Positions 24,679 through 39,061 are shown, numbered from the whole stretch's first letter. The stretch is 63,989 nucleotides of DNA, filler included, from Cercozoa sp. M6MM (GCA_040357565.1; 8 parts of 8 records of this genome joined end to end with filler, not necessarily neighbours in it); one strand, 5' to 3'. The notes: a model not told the origin generated them from the letters alone. A program made the numbers and translations.

Positions 24679-27600
24679 ATGATGGACCCAAGAAGCACAT
24701 CGAGTCTGGCTAAGGGCCTACTGGAGGTTTGAATGCTCCCCAATTAAAATACAATGTTCCACCGCACATGCATGCCGCTTTTGTAGGCGCCGAAAGGCGT
24801 AGTCGCGCAGACTGTGCGCGAACTGGACGGCACAGAGCAAACGAATCTCAAAAGGCGTCCGCGTCGCCGACAAAAAAAGACGCAGTCGCTGTTTCGGCGG
24901 CACCTTGAGTCAAAGCCGCAGCGACGTGTTCAGCTTGCGTCGGCCGGCGAGCTGCCAGTGCCTGAAGTGCCCAGTCTGCCAACAGCCTTGTCGAAACCGT
25001 CAAATCAGTCGAAGAAACGCCTGCAGCGCAAGCGCGGCGGTTTCTTTAACGAGGCGAATGCGCTCGACGAGGTGCTCGAGGCGCGCCAGAAGCGACTCGA
25101 GCGCCAGAAGCAGCGCAAAGTGCGCTTTAGCGACGAAGCGAAGCAGAGCGAAGCGAAACGAAGCGAAACAAAGCAAAGCGAAGCGAAAGAGCAAGGCGCT
25201 TTCGCTTCGTGGCAGCAACTGCAGCAAGCGACGCGAGGCGATTTCGGCGTGCTTGCGAGGGAGCGCAAGATCGCCGGCATGAGCGACGAGGAGCGCGCCA
25301 AATTCGAGTGGATGAGCAGCGTCGATGATACGGAGAAACAAGAGTCACAGCGCCTTCGTAGCTGGCAAGCCTTGCAGGGCAACGTGCTCGACACGGTAGC
25401 TTCGTTTGCTTCTGCTTTGACTCGAATCTTTTTATAGCTTTGCTTTGCCACTCGAAATTTCTGCTTTGCCACTCGAAATTTCCGCTTTGCCACTCGAAAT
25501 AGTTTTGCTTTGCGACAGTGGCGCTTCGATTTCGACGGCAATCGCGTCAAGGAGGGAGAGACCGTCGACACGAGTGCTGGACTGCATCACCATGGCGACG
25601 AAGCGCATCTCGCCGGCTACACGGTGCGAGAGCTGTGTCACTTAACTCGCTCCGTCAATCACGCGCAGCGAGCCATGGCTCTGACAACGCTCGCTTCCAT
25701 TTTCGAACAGTGCCGTGCCGGTAACCACGTTTTTTTCAATTCAAAATGAGCTGTAATTTCGAAATTTTTGCTTTGTATTTCGAAATTTGATCTTTGACTT
25801 TCCAAGTTTTAGTTTTGACTTTCGAAATTTTAGCTTTGACTTTCAAAGTCGCGAAATTAGAGCTTTGATTTGAGCAGTGAAGTTTCTTGAGGTTGGGTGT
25901 GTGTGTGTGTGTGTGTGAGCAGGCAAGCTGGACGAGAAGGAGAACTTTGACGTTGCTGTGGCGCTGTACGAGTTGTGGGACGAGCTGGAAGGCTGGCTCG
26001 GTGTCTGTGTGAGCAACCTAGTTCACGCCTCCAGCAGTGTCTCAGTGGCGGCATTTCTGCTTTTGCGCAATTGTTAGTTTTCTGTTGTTGTTTTTTTTTT
26101 TTTCGTTGTTTTCTCACTGTTGTTTTCTTGTGTTTAAATCTGTTGTTGTTGTTATTGTTGTAGCACTGCAACGACCGGATCAGATCGACTTGACGGACGA
26201 TCTCGCTTTCTCTGAGAGCAGCGACGAGACTCGCGCTTTGGGTGGCATTTTCGCCTACCAAGTGCGAACGAAGCGGCAGACTTCGCAGCAACACGAAACT
26301 GTTGTGCGCAAACTAGTCGAAGCAGGAATCGCCGATCATCTCGCTCACGCTTTGGTTAACGCTGCTGGTGCTTTTCCATTTATCTCTGCTTTTTATCGAT
26401 ATCGCCATCTATCAATCTACCAGTTTTTGTCTCTCTATATCTCTATATTTATATCTTTAGGCGTATATATATATATATGCATAATTTGTGTATCCAATAT
26501 CTCGATCCGGCACTGTGGCACGCGCAGAGCAAGATCGGCAGGTGCTAATTCTGCAGGCCGCAGCGAGTCTGCGCAGCGAATGCGTGCTCAGCAACAACGC
26601 GCTGTGCGCAGCCGTGATGCGTCTGGCGCTGCAGCATTCGCAGTGGCCCGTGCAACATGCCGCCCTGCACGCCATCCTGTCGTCGGTATCGGCCTCGGCC
26701 GAGGCCGCCAGACACACTGTCGACTTCCTGCCCTTCCTGACCCCGCTCGCTCTGCGCGAGCGCACCGACACACGAAGCACCGTGCTGGCCTGCCAGGTGC
26801 TGGCCATCTGGTCGCTGTGCGTGCAGCATGAAGAGAAAGGCACTGCTGCACAAGCTTTCGTTTCCAACTACGCGCTGTTCGGCAAGCACGTGTTTCCGCG
26901 CTTTGACTCGTCGCGTAACGACATCGACTACGTGGCCGAGTCGCTGTTTTTGACTGCGCTATGGTCGCTGCAGAGACAAGTGCTGCTGGCCTGTCGCTAC
27001 CCGGCCGAGGCTCCGTGTGACTGGTCGCAAGTGGCGCGACTCTGCGATCTCGCCTTGCACAACCTGTATCGTTCTCAGTGTTTCTGTTGTCGTATTTTTG
27101 TATTTTCTGGCATTTCGCAGTTGGCAACAACACTGGCCGGTTGATCAGGCGACATTGGCAATGACAGAAGCGCCTGTTTTGGACACCTGCAGGGCCGCCT
27201 GTCGACTCGCACAGGCGGCTGTAGCCAGCTTTGTTGCTGCCTTTTTCGACACGGCGAAAACGCAGACCACGCCGAATGAAGCGTGAGTGTTTCCTGTTAG
27301 TTTTGAGACTCGTTCTCATCGTCATTTTTGTTTCTGCAGACAAGATGTGTTGCCGATGCACGACCCTTCGGAGACTGCACGCGTTGCTTTCGAGATCGTG
27401 AATCGGTGGATGCGAGAGCGTATGTCGGTTGGAGCGACGGTGCTGCAGAACATTGAACTGGGCGGTCACTTCCGTTCGAAGAAACTCGCTGCGTTGGGCG
27501 CCTCGGCTGCGGCACTGCTGCCTTCGATGAGACACCTCAGTCGATGTGCTTTCTTGGAGTCCAACTGCGAGATGTTGCGACAGGCCGTGCATCACATCTA

Positions 27601-29071
27601 CGCGTTCAAAGACGTGTCGCACCTGCGCGAGGTTGCTGGCTTTGCCATGAACGTTGCTATTGCGACTTCGCCCCTCAGAGACACTTGTGTTTCGAGTATC
27701 GCTGTCAATCACGTCTCGATCGACAACTGGCACCCGGAGGCCCTGTGTGCTCTGGCTGCACTTCGTCTGGCGCGTGCTCTCCTTCCCTTTTCGCACAGAG
27801 GTATCAAGAAATCCACCACGGACTGTGCTTTCAAATTGCCAGGCAAAATTTAGAAACTCTCGACGACGAGAATCGACGAAAGTTCGCTCGTGACTTTGCC
27901 ATCAACTGTCGTTTGCAATGCCGGTACTTTTGGTTTTTTTGTATGTGCTGACTTTCGGCATGTTTCGATCCGTTCAGACTAGAGTTGCCTTCTGCGTTGC
28001 GACACCACAAAATGCAACATTTGCAAAACCAAACTGAAGTTACTTTCGATGTGAGTTTGCTCTTTCTTTGATATCTGGATGCGTTTACTTCCTTCCTTTA
28101 GGGTCAAGTAAGGTCATTGCGCCACCTTTTGCGAGTGCCAGTTGATTCGGACGCGGTGCGAGAACAACTTGTTTTCGGTATCTTTGGTGTTCTCTCGCAA
28201 AGAATTGTGACCTCTTCGGTAATTGTGAGGTAGTGCTGGCGCTGATCGAAACTGATGCTCTCGACTTGCGATCACACTGCACTCTGCCGTATCTTTTATT
28301 TTTTGGAACTGAGTTCTTCTGTTATGCTGTGCTTGCGTAGCACGCATGGCAGTGACTTTGACGTTCGGCAGTTCAAGCACGGCGTGCGTGACGTGGCGTG
28401 CCTCCTTCTGCGTGCCTGTGTGGAAGTATTCCTGCACGAAGAGTGTTTGTTCCTCGACGAAGACATTGGTGCATTGCTACAGCGTCTGTGGCTGATTGCG
28501 GGTGTGTTTCAATTTTCTTTTTTAGTCTTTTGTATTCTCCTTCCCGTCACATTTTGCTGCAGGAAAGCACTGGAGAAATGTGGCGCAGTTGTTCAAGCCC
28601 GCACAAGCTTTCGGTACAAAACATCTTCTGATTTCGGTCTGTCGACGTAAAGTTTGCTTTTAGGCGAGAACGACATCGATCAGTTGTCTCAGTGTGACCC
28701 TGCATGGCCGCTGGAGCCTCATGATCTCTGTGACTACACGACCGGGGAAGGTGCTTGCCCCCATCCGCGCGGGCGTGATAGCGCCAAATACGATTTTTCT
28801 CTGATAGACAAGCTCACTGGTGATAACGACCCGCGCAACATGAAGCGTGGTTTCACACTGGCCGAGCAGCTGGCGGCACACTACGCTGCCGACTCGTATG
28901 GCGATTCGGTAGCAATGGAATTATCTGCATTGTAAAAACGATTTAATGTTCGATCTTTACTGTTACGAGCAGCTGTTCCGGGCCGTTCTGCGAAGTGTCG
29001 TGTGCGACACCAGACCCAAGTCGCTGCGCGAGCACCTCAAGTCGCAGTACCTCCAAGATATTGACATTTGA
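24679..29071 (+). CDS. RPAP1: RNA polymerase II-associated protein 1 (RPAP1/Rba50)
   Basis: KFEWM, WRFDFDG...GLHHHGDEAHLAGYTVRELCHLTRSVNHAQRAMAL (RPAP1-C motif), and C-terminal AHYAADSYGDS-LF. Confidence 0.85.
25437..25870. repeat. intronic ~21-bp tandem repeats in two RPAP1 introns
   Basis: GCTTTGCCACTCGAAATTT(C/T) x3 at 25442-25500, and degenerate TTTGACTTTCGAAATTT units at 25755-25870. Confidence 0.8.
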
Positions 29072-29371
29072 GCAATGCAAAGGAATTGCGTGTGGGATAG
29101 CTACCGTACGACACACCCTGTAGTTCAGCAGATCGGTGTCCGTTCGGGTTTAAGTCAGTTTAGCACAGCTTGGTCTTATGCTCCGCAACAGCTTCAGTAA
29201 AAACCGAGATCAGATCGCCCAAAAAAGTCGAAAACCAGAAAACCAAGATCTGAGTGAATTGCGCATAAAGCGAGCGCACACGCGTGCTTATTTGCCCTAT
29301 TAGTTTCGGGTGTGTGCGTGGAACGCGTCACGACTCCAGCGGGTCAGATTATTTGTGATTGTTGCCGCTGC

Positions 29372-30127
29372 ATGTCGGACAAGAAGCAGGAGCTGCACGA
29401 GCTCGAGCAGCGCATTCATGTGGCGGCCCTTGTGAACCCCAGGGTAGTGTCTTTTCAGGTGCAAATAATGTGAGATTACGATACGTGTGTACAGTCGGGT
29501 GCCGGTTCGGGTGCACGTGCCATGGACTCGCTGTCCAAGCAGCCCAACACCGTGAGTCTTTTTGTCTATACCATTTAGCTTCCTTTTTTACCACCCCCCA
29601 TGTGAGCAGCAAGTGTTTGATTTATTGGATTTCGCGCGCAACGCCGACGAAGCGAGCGCTCGATTGACGCAGCACTTGCGTCAGTGCGATCAGGACGGTC
29701 AGGAGGTACCGTCTGGAACAGTCAGTGAGTGGGATCAATAAGTGATGCAGTGGGATCAATTGGCACTGTTTCTGTAGGTGCGATTGATTGTGGGAGGCGG
29801 TGACGGAACCGTAACCTGGGCTTTCTCAATTCTCGATCGCATTTGTGCCGACTGCGACGATGTGAAAATGCCTGCCGTTGCTCATCTTGCTTTGGGTACT
29901 TTGACCCCCCCCCCACCTCTCTTACCCCCAACCCCCCTCCCCTTTATCTTCTACATTCTATTTTGTCACCCCTTTACCCCCTTTTTCCTTTTTTCCCCCC
30001 CCCCCCCCCAGGTACAAGTAACGAAGTGGCCGGGTGCGCCGGCTGGGCGCGCGCCGACAATGGAAAACGTCTCGGCAGCTTTGTGCGCAAGGTGCGCCAA
30101 GGTAGCCTCTTTTACCCCCCCCCCCCC
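29372..30127 (+). CDS. diacylglycerol kinase catalytic domain, 3' truncated
   Basis: ALVNPR-SGAGSG, QVFDL, RLIVGGGDGTVTW, PAVAHLALG-TSNEVAGCAGW. Confidence 0.85.
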
Positions 30128-30227
30128 NNNNNNNNNNNNNNNNNNNNNNNNNNNNNNNNNNNNNNNNNNNNTTAATTAATTAANNNNNNNNNNNNNNNNN
30201 NNNNNNNNNNNNNNNNNNNNNNNNNNN

Positions 30228-32564
30228 ACACACACACACACACACACACACACACCAGACATACACACAAGGCATACATGAGGACGCTCGTTATTGTAAG
30301 TGTACGTACCTTTATTAATCCAATCGCGCTCAGGAGGTGCGTTACGCACCAAAATGTTCGCACGAAAACGTCTGTACGCCCCTACGCACCCAAAAATATT
30401 ACCAGTTGGAAGTACACAGTTTCAAGTGAGCAACCACTTTGATCGACCGAAATTCCGGACTGCAACGTATCTGCCACACGCGTCACTTCATCAACTGTCC
30501 TAAAAGAAGGACTGCTTCACAGTCTCAAACACAAATCTATTACACGTACTCAGTGCGCAAGACGAGAAGCGGCGCCGAATTGCTCAAAGAGGCATTTTCG
30601 TCGCATGAAACAAGACGAACCTATACATACAAGCCGGTATAGCAATATTAGAAACACGGCTGAATGCACGTTACCTGTCGACCAAGTGCTCGCGAAATCC
30701 AGTCGTCTAGTTTTTGGTTCAGACTAACACTGTCCAGAACTACTGCGGCGCTGTCACTGTCACTGTCTGCAACAGGTACTTCCAAAGCATCCAAAGAAGT
30801 ACTGCAGACCGAGTCCTGCACGGTGTCCCGCAACGTGAGACGGTGCTGCACAATGTCAATGGTCGCACTCACTCGTGTCAATGCACTGCACTATAGAATG
30901 CAATTTCTTTCGCCAGAGCAGCCAAGAAAGAATGAGGTACGTTCTTTAGCGTGAGAAGTCGACCACTGGCAACATCAATGAGCGCAAAGCTACGATCATA
31001 CAACAGACCAGCTTTGCCCAGAGGCCATTCGGTAACCTATAACATGGATGTTTAAGTTAGTGACGGAGTTTATGCAGAAAAGAGGAGACACCTCCTGGGC
31101 ACGACATCCCTTGATTGGGTACAGACACAAACGCTCAATATGTGCCTCATGCTCAACACCACCGCCGTAAGTGCTAGCAACACTCGATTTTCGACAAAAC
31201 ACTTCCTTGATCAAGGTGACGATGACGTCTACATCCTGCAAATACCTTATCTGAAAATGCGTACCATATAAGGCTGATACTTACGCGTACCTCTTTGCGA
31301 GAACCAGCACCAAAACTTGCCCTCAACACGCCAATGTGTCTAGAATTCGCTTGAATTTATGTATCCGTGTAAAAAGCATCGATACCTCCCCTCAAAGACA
31401 CCTTCGCTTCCACACATGTGCTTGACCTTCCGCAATAACTGGTCGTCATTTCTGCACAAAAAGCAACACTCAAGGACAGTACTAGAAAAGATACAGCTGT
31501 GCCTCCGCATACCCGAGAAGCCTCGCACACGCACCTGGGTTACATGCACAAGAGGCACGCAGCGTCACACCCAATGCAGCAGCGACACGTGCCTATTGCA
31601 CATAGGTTCGCTTATATCAAAGGTATTGTTGCCAAGAGCTTCCACACAAAGCCATGCCACACATAGCACAGAGAAACACAATCAAGTGCTACCACACGAA
31701 CATTGCTGATGGGTTTATCATCAACGAACAAGTTGAAGGTCACAATTCCACCTAAAGGTACAAAGTACATACGAAACACTACGCGATAAACTAAAAACTA
31801 CCCACCAGTGTCCGTGTAGACGGTACATCCGCGAAGCTCTCGCAGTCGCTGTGACAGCTGCCGCGCCAGTGACTCGACATAGTTACTCAAGTCTTCCTGA
31901 ATAAACAATTATAAGGGGCTTCCCTTTAATTAACAAAGCTACCTGTGATAGAACGGAGGTCCACAAACGTAACATGCGGGCGGTTTCGATTATAGACAAG
32001 AACGGCAGTGACCCGTCTTCGAACCAGTCCTGATAAACACAACAAAGGTTCATAAGTTACCGTGTGCGAAAACCATACAGTGGTAAGCCGCATCGGAGCA
32101 CGCGAACCCGTCGCAAACCGATCCGCGCAGCTACCCACGCGCACCGGGTCGCTCGTTCCTCGAGGAACCTGCCACAAGGAAAAATACAGAGAATTTCGTT
32201 CATTTTAAATGTCCATACCACATACAACGAGTACGCAGACGAGGCGTCTACCGCCCCGCCTCCTGTGCATTGTAAAGTCTCACACAATGCTAAGCTGGAG
32301 AATCCACAGACACATGCCTACCAAAGTAAGTTTTGTTGCGCGCGAGCAGATGCGCCACTCGACGGCTCAGCACGAGGGCTCCCACACCACATGGCCATCC
32401 CAGTCGTTTGTACTATAAGACACGAGTAATGTGTTTCACAAGAAGCACAATGAGCGGGCTACATAAGACAAAGTCAAAATATCGAAGTCAATGTTCGGAA
32501 TGACATGCGTCGCAAAAGACTTGGCCGCATCCAACATCACGTACACCTTTACATATATCCAAGT

Positions 32565-32615
<51 letters not shown>

Positions 32616-33510
32616 TAAGTAGGACCTCCGCGTTCTTGTGTAGGAAGGGACGCAACAAAGCATGCCAATCAACAGCCACTAGTTCGCCTGTGAGATTGCA
32701 GTGCGAAGGGCTGTGTATAATCAAAACACACAATACGTCCTAGAGCGATATGTAAGATGCCAAGCACAGCATACCCAATACAGAAAACCATGTCAATGTT
32801 TGCCCACTGGACCTCCCCATCAGGCATAACAGCGTGCACATTCGCGCCATCATAGTATGCCAAGGAGGCGCCCTGACGACGCGCTGCACGAATCGATGTG
32901 ATACGTGCAAGGTATGTAAACCACAGAAACATTTTTAGGTACCGCATTCTCGAATTCCGAGCGCAGAGTTGTGATTGTTGACGGTCCACAACACCAGCGT
33001 CCGCGAATCAAACGGAAACCACATTGCGACACGACGCATGCCGTCTGTCGCACCTTTAAAATGCAACCGAGTAAAAAAGCACCAAAACAGTTGGTAAAAG
33101 ATTATGTCCTATCACCAGTACCTCCAGTGAGAACACACAGATGTGTCCTTTCATCGACGTGACATTCATGCTGCAGGGTGTGTCTTCGCAACCATGCCAT
33201 TTCATGCGCAGCAACACCATCTGTCTCTGTGTGTGGGTTGCTAACCGCTCTGTATGAATGGGTGCGTGTATTCGAGGCAGACTCATAAAAATGATAAATA
33301 CCCCTCATCGCGCAGACTGCGACACACCTTGTCATGCAAGAGCACCGGCACTCGCGCAGCTCCCGCATAATCAGCGAAGACGTGCTTCACCTAGACAACC
33401 GGTGAGTTTGTACAGTGCATCCGGTTGAGCACTGGGATATAGAAAGCACTCACTGTATTGGTCGGTATGCCAAAGGCACTATGCTGGAATGCCAAAACGC
33501 GCTGTTCCAT
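30228..33510 (-). CDS. MOCOS: molybdenum cofactor sulfurase (NifS-like + MOSC domains), 3' truncated
   Basis: VFADYAGA, VMLDAAK, SYYKRLGWPCGVGALV (PLP lysine), WFEDGSLPF, LRASCACNPGAC, IERLCLYPIKGC, GLLYDRSFAL, RFRANILV. Confidence 0.88.
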
Positions 33511-33805
33511 CGCGATCAATCTACTGTAGGGCAGTTAGAGACTCTGACTACGTTGCAGTTCCGGAATCACGCGTGATACAGTACGGTACTACCTGTAGTG
33601 CGCCTGCAGGGGCACCCTTCAAACAGTTTCGTCCCCCTTAATCACCGGGCCTCTTGTACAGTAGCTGCTGGGCCACACGGAGCAGCTGGACCCTGATCCA
33701 ACTAAAGAAGACAGTTCTTGTGTTCAGTCCAGTCCAAGGACTGGGCAAGCACAACCGCGCTCATCCATCCTTGGTCGATTTGGAAGCGTTCGTGTTTGTT
33801 CCGTG

Positions 33806-36800
33806 ATGGCCAAGAGTGACGACTATGGCGAAGACGAGGAGCTTCGTGCGTCGCTTCGTTCACTGCACGGCGAAGACAGCGCTGCCGAGCTTAGTGACAG
33901 CGACAGTGATGAGTTCGGCGACGTGTCACCCAACTCGTAAGTGTCGTTGTGGAAGACTTAGCATTCAGCATTTAGTTTACTGGTTTTGTAGGCAGCAACA
34001 ACAAAGCAAGAAGCAATTCCGTTCGCCGCATCATGAGTATCTCGAGAAACGTGCGAGGTATCCGACTTTTTGTGCTATGTGTTTGTGGGTATGCGGGCGT
34101 TTCTCGAGATAGCCAAGGAAGAATGAGTACGCTTGGATAAGAGTGTCGTTCTGCTTGTGATGTAGGGAGCGCTCGCGCGAAAGGAGACGGCAGCGACTTG
34201 CCATGGAACAACAGGCGCGACAGCGACAGCAAAGTGAGCGCGAAAACATGCGTCAGATGCCTCCGGTGGAGCGGATGCTGCACACCGACTTTTTTGATTT
34301 TTCGGAGCATCCTCGTGTTTTCTGCGCGCCACACCCGCGCCTTATTCAGGTACAGACTTGTCACTTGAAAGCTAATTTTTGCGGGATTTCTGTGTGACTG
34401 TGGCACAGGTGCTGCCACCACTCTCCCAGTTGTGCCCAATGGCGCCGCATGTACCATTGCAGCCGAACGTGGCTGGCTTGCAAGCATTCATCTTCGCGTC
34501 ACCAGGTCAGCGCTCACATATGGAGGACCGCTACTGCATCGACTTCGATGGCCCTTGGCGTGGTAGCTTTGGTGATTTGAAGTGAAATCAAAACCATGTT
34601 TATCGTTGCGGATCTACAACAGGGCTTTTTGGTGTCTTTGACGGCCATGCTGGTGCGAGTGCAGCACACATTTGCGCGTTGAAATTTCCATCATACCTGG
34701 CGCGTGCATATGAGAACATCTCAAACTCTGACGCGGAGACAGCGTACGCGCAAATGTCAAAGGTACTCAAACGCGTACTATGTATCTTTTCCGTAGATTT
34801 AATTCATGTACCTGTGCTTCGTGCTTGTATGCAGAACTGGGGCATGCCCCCGCGTCCGTATCAACCACGACAACGAAGATCTCGGCGATCTTCCTCACAA
34901 CCACACTCATGCCACCTGCGTCCAGACTACAGTGAGCCAGAAGCGGATGCGTCAGATTGTTCGCCTAAAAAGGATGCGCGGCACTACGCAGGTGACTTTG
35001 TTGTTCGCACGTGTTTTGACTGTGATTTCATGGATAGGCATGCGGCCACTGCGAGACAGCGAGCTTCCACCGGACTGCACAGCTTCAGTGAAGGAGGCGG
35101 AAAGGACGATTCCCAGACCACCCGAGGTTCCATTGCACCCACCGACGATTCGCCAAGCGCTCGCCATGGCGACGCGAAAGTGTGAACTGCGCGTGCTGCA
35201 ACACGCTGCCCGACGTCGCCACTCTGCTGGCACTACCGTATCTTTGTGTTTTTTCGTTGTGTGCTTGCATACCGTCGCGTCTTTAGCTGTGCGTGGCGTG
35301 CGTTCTGGGAAATTTGCTTCATGTTGCTAACTTGGGGGACTCGCGTTGTGTACTCAGCCGTGGTGGTGTGGCTTTCCCGCTGTCCGTGGATCATGTGCCG
35401 CGCGCTCCGGTACTTTGTGGTTTCGCAGCGTTGAATTCATCTGTTTCTTGTAATTGAGTATGGAAACAGCGCGAGCAAGCACGTATCGCACTTTGCAATG
35501 GAACCATTCACGATCGTGAGCACATGCGAGAAAAACGTCGAAAGGTACATTGCCAATGCGCGTTTCTCCACCAAGGAATCCCGCTTGGTGCCTAGCGACG
35601 CCGACGACAAGAAGCACTTTGCAGAGGTAGTAACGGTGTCACTCCGTCAAAGTTACCCCGTTTCCGCGAAAGACGGACGCCTGTCTCCACGTCACCGTCA
35701 AAATCTCCCAAACACCGTAGATTCCGCTTCTTGTGAAGCCCTTGCTTCTTGGAGTGCATTTTTCCGTTTCAAGCAGATGCGCAGCATTCACCGTCACTGA
35801 TGCCCAGCAAGCAGACATTTCCGTCCAGCAATGAGATTTCGGGGTGTCGGCCAGAACACAGTCATGAAGGGTACCACTTCCGCCTGCAACTACCTACAGC
35901 TGGTGGAAACCGACGTATCGTTTATATTGTCTTTCAATTTGCGTGCCCAGGCCCCACAAATCACGTGTGACTGTTGCTTCTGTACTGGAAATCCACATGC
36001 GTGACGAGTTGTCGTTTCGTGCACGATCAATTCGCGATTTTGGCGAACGCGCTCACGTATCCCATTAAAATATCGTGTAGATTCTTTTTTCCTTCCCCTA
36101 TCGTTTTGTTCCAACAGGTTGAAGACATGCTGGCCCTCGTTCGACGACAGATCAACCACAACAAAAAGTTGCTGAAGTTGTTGCGACGACAAGATCGACG
36201 CGAGTGGCGACCGCTCGAGTTGTCGGTCTTAGGCCCCCAGCAACTGCAGTCAAAGCGCAAACTGCGTGAGAAACTACGGCATCGGCGACCTCAGCAACGA
36301 CAATTGCACCAGCAGCATGAATCCGTACTGCCTGTGTTATGCTGTGACCGGAGACTGATTTATTCATTCTACAGGAACAGCAAGCTGCAACGCGCGATGT
36401 AGCCTTACAACGCAACAGTGCGGAAGCGACAACCCCTCAAGACGCTCCCTGTAATTATGTTCTACAGGTCATAAGTATCTCCCTATGTCTTTCCGTGTGC
36501 GTAAATGGTGTTGAACAGTTCACACTTCAAGTCGCAGCCGAAGCAGCTGGCGAAGGTGGCGAAATACGCCGCTGTCAAGCAGCGCGTCTGACGAAGACGA
36601 TAATTCGTGCAACTGGCTGCGTTGCTGTATTTTTGGTCGAGGGTATGCGCTTTTTCGACGGCCTTGTTACTATAGGTTTATGTATGCGTTGTTGTGTTAG
36701 CTTGAATTCTGACGATGAAAAAATGTCACGAGGGCATTCCGTTGAAATGCAAGAAGCGAGATCTGTGTCCGTATCCTAATTTTAAGTTGTCACACACGCT

Positions 36801-38071
36801 CGTCCCTGTGTTATACATGTCTTTTTATTGTTGATGCGATCTCCAGCCGCCAGAAATGTACATGGGTGGTCGAGACTCGCACATATATCGACGAAAACCA
36901 CGCAACAAACGCAAATTTGTCACTGGGTATGTGCTTTATGTTTGATAATGTCACGGTTATCGGATATAGGTACCCATTGCCACCCGTTGGACCTTCTCCG
37001 TCACCGGACGAACTAGTCACTGTATTTATCAACAACGTTTACGCATGGCATTTGTCTTTGTCTATGTGGTTTACTGTACGTAGCAAGAGCGCGTGATGCC
37101 CAGCACACTCACACTAACTCGCAGTATCGGTGATAGTCGGTTTAAACGACGTTCGCTGGAGATCACGCACGAACAGGAAGGTATCATTGTATCCAGACGC
37201 ATAGCCGCTTTGTGTATTTGATTTTTCCAGGAGTTCTCGCAAATTTACCCGATATAATGTCGATTGAGTTGCACGAAGATGACGAATTCTTGGTATTTTT
37301 ATTGTTGGAGTATATCTATTTTCGTTGAATTTATAATTTCGTTTTCTGCTTGTGCTCAGATCATTGCCACCGATGGCTTTTGGAGTGTTGTAAGCAATGA
37401 GGAGGCCGTGAGACGAGTGCGTGCCGAAGCCATGCTCAGCGGCAGTAGCGGTCAGCGCATCGCTGAGGTCTGCTGCTTTTACTGGAAATATTTAGTTCTA
37501 ACTGTTGTGTGCTTCTTGTAGGTGCTGGTGAATTTAGCTCTTCAGAAGGGGTCTAAAGACAACTGCACTGTCATGCTTGTGTTTTTCACGCATCATAACG
37601 CTGAGCACTTCGCGCACACTCGCGGTATTTGTGTGCATTGTAATTTTTGCAGGGATGCGCTCACAGTACGCACGTGTGCCTTGCTCTTTAGCTGAGGAAG
37701 AACGGTCGTGTCCGGCTGTTATTATGAATGACGAGTTAGACGCGCGTCATCCGCGACGACATTTACGGCACTTGTGGCATCTATCACGACACCAACGTGA
37801 ACTGTTGCTGCACTTAGCGCGCCCGACGTCATTGCTTCGTCGTACACACAGACACAGTTGCTTGCATCGACGACGTCGGCGATTGCGGCACAGACGTGGC
37901 AGTGCCAGCATCGCATCTTCAGGAAGCGTTGCCGCGAAGGGTGCGTCCACCGCTGCGGAGGCAGGGCAGACTCGGATCAGTGTCATTGACGATGACAGCG
38001 AGGATAGTGACGCAATCGACGAAGGGTACTTCAGCTACCTGCCAACACACTTGCGCACCTTGCTTAGGTAG
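33806..38071 (+). CDS. PP2C (PPM) phosphatase with acidic N-terminus and large internal insertion
   Basis: [71 protein letters not shown]. Confidence 0.88.
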
Positions 38072-38301
38072 AACGATTTAATTGATTGCTTGCTGCTTGC
38101 TGTGCACTTGCATCACTACGCGTAGACACGAGTTGTTGCGTGACTCTCGATGCAACTGCACGGCGCCACCGGAAGACGCGTACACTTGGTGATTTTGACC
38201 GAAGCTGTGACCGAATTTCTAGCGCTTGTCAGCGTCAACGTTCACACGACAGCCAACGCTCCCTCACTCAGTACTGATTGGTTCAAAATTTACATCTTAC
38301 C

Positions 38302-39060
38302 TAGTTAGTTCAGTTTAGTTAGTTAGTTAGTTCAGTCTACTAAGATGTTACGGCATAACGTTTCTCAACCAGTCAAGTTGTCATCTGACTAGTTAATAGT
38401 GAAGGATTTGTTTTGCTAGGTATCTCCTGCATTACATCCTGAGGCTTCTACCTTGCATTGTCAAGTGTTGTGCAGACCTGACTTCTTAGCTTGGGTCCAG
38501 CTTTCTACAGCTCACGCACTTTGACTGCAGGTACCTCTGCTTTGCGTTTGGCCCTTGGTGCGAGTGATGGGCGTTTGCGCCTTACTTCTCTTTCTTCCTT
38601 TGCTAGATTAGTCTTCAATGTGTTGATTCTTTTGGATATCTTGTGGGTGGATTTGCTCTGCATGAGCGTTATACTCCAGTTTTCTGTCGGCTAGTAGTCC
38701 TAGTATTCTTATGTTGTCCAGTTATTTGATTTCTTCTCTTTCATTGTTGGATGGATGAGAGGTTGACTTTGTCTTAGCCCAGTAGGATGAACTGAGTCTT
38801 TGTAGGTCCGAACTCCATGCGGTGTCGTTGTGCCCATTGAGTGGCATGCTTCCCTAAAGGTCTGTTTTCGGATTGTTCTGACTATGATGTATGAGTCATC
38901 TGCGTATCCGACAGTGTGCTGTGATAAATGCGTAATTTTGGGGGTCCTGTTTCATTTGGTGCCCTACTCTTGTGCGACCCACTGGCACCCAGGGCTGGTG
39001 ATGCCAGCTGCCTCTTCATTCCAGGTTACCGTGTGGACGACATGGGGACAACATGGCGGC
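38302..39060 (-). mobile_element. degenerate non-LTR (LINE) retrotransposon fragment with (AACT)n tail
   Basis: Minus strand reads HTVGYADDSYII (YADD at 38895-38906), QWAQRHRMEFGPTKTQFILLG*, IRILGLLADRKLEYNAH and RINTLK, with stops and frameshifts. Tail (AGTT)n at 38302-38333. Confidence 0.8.
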
Positions 39061-39061
39061 G

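Noticed and set aside
2016-33510. Apparent redox gene cluster (GSR, FSP1-like, MOCOS)
   Set aside because: The three genes lie on different contigs separated by artificial linkers.
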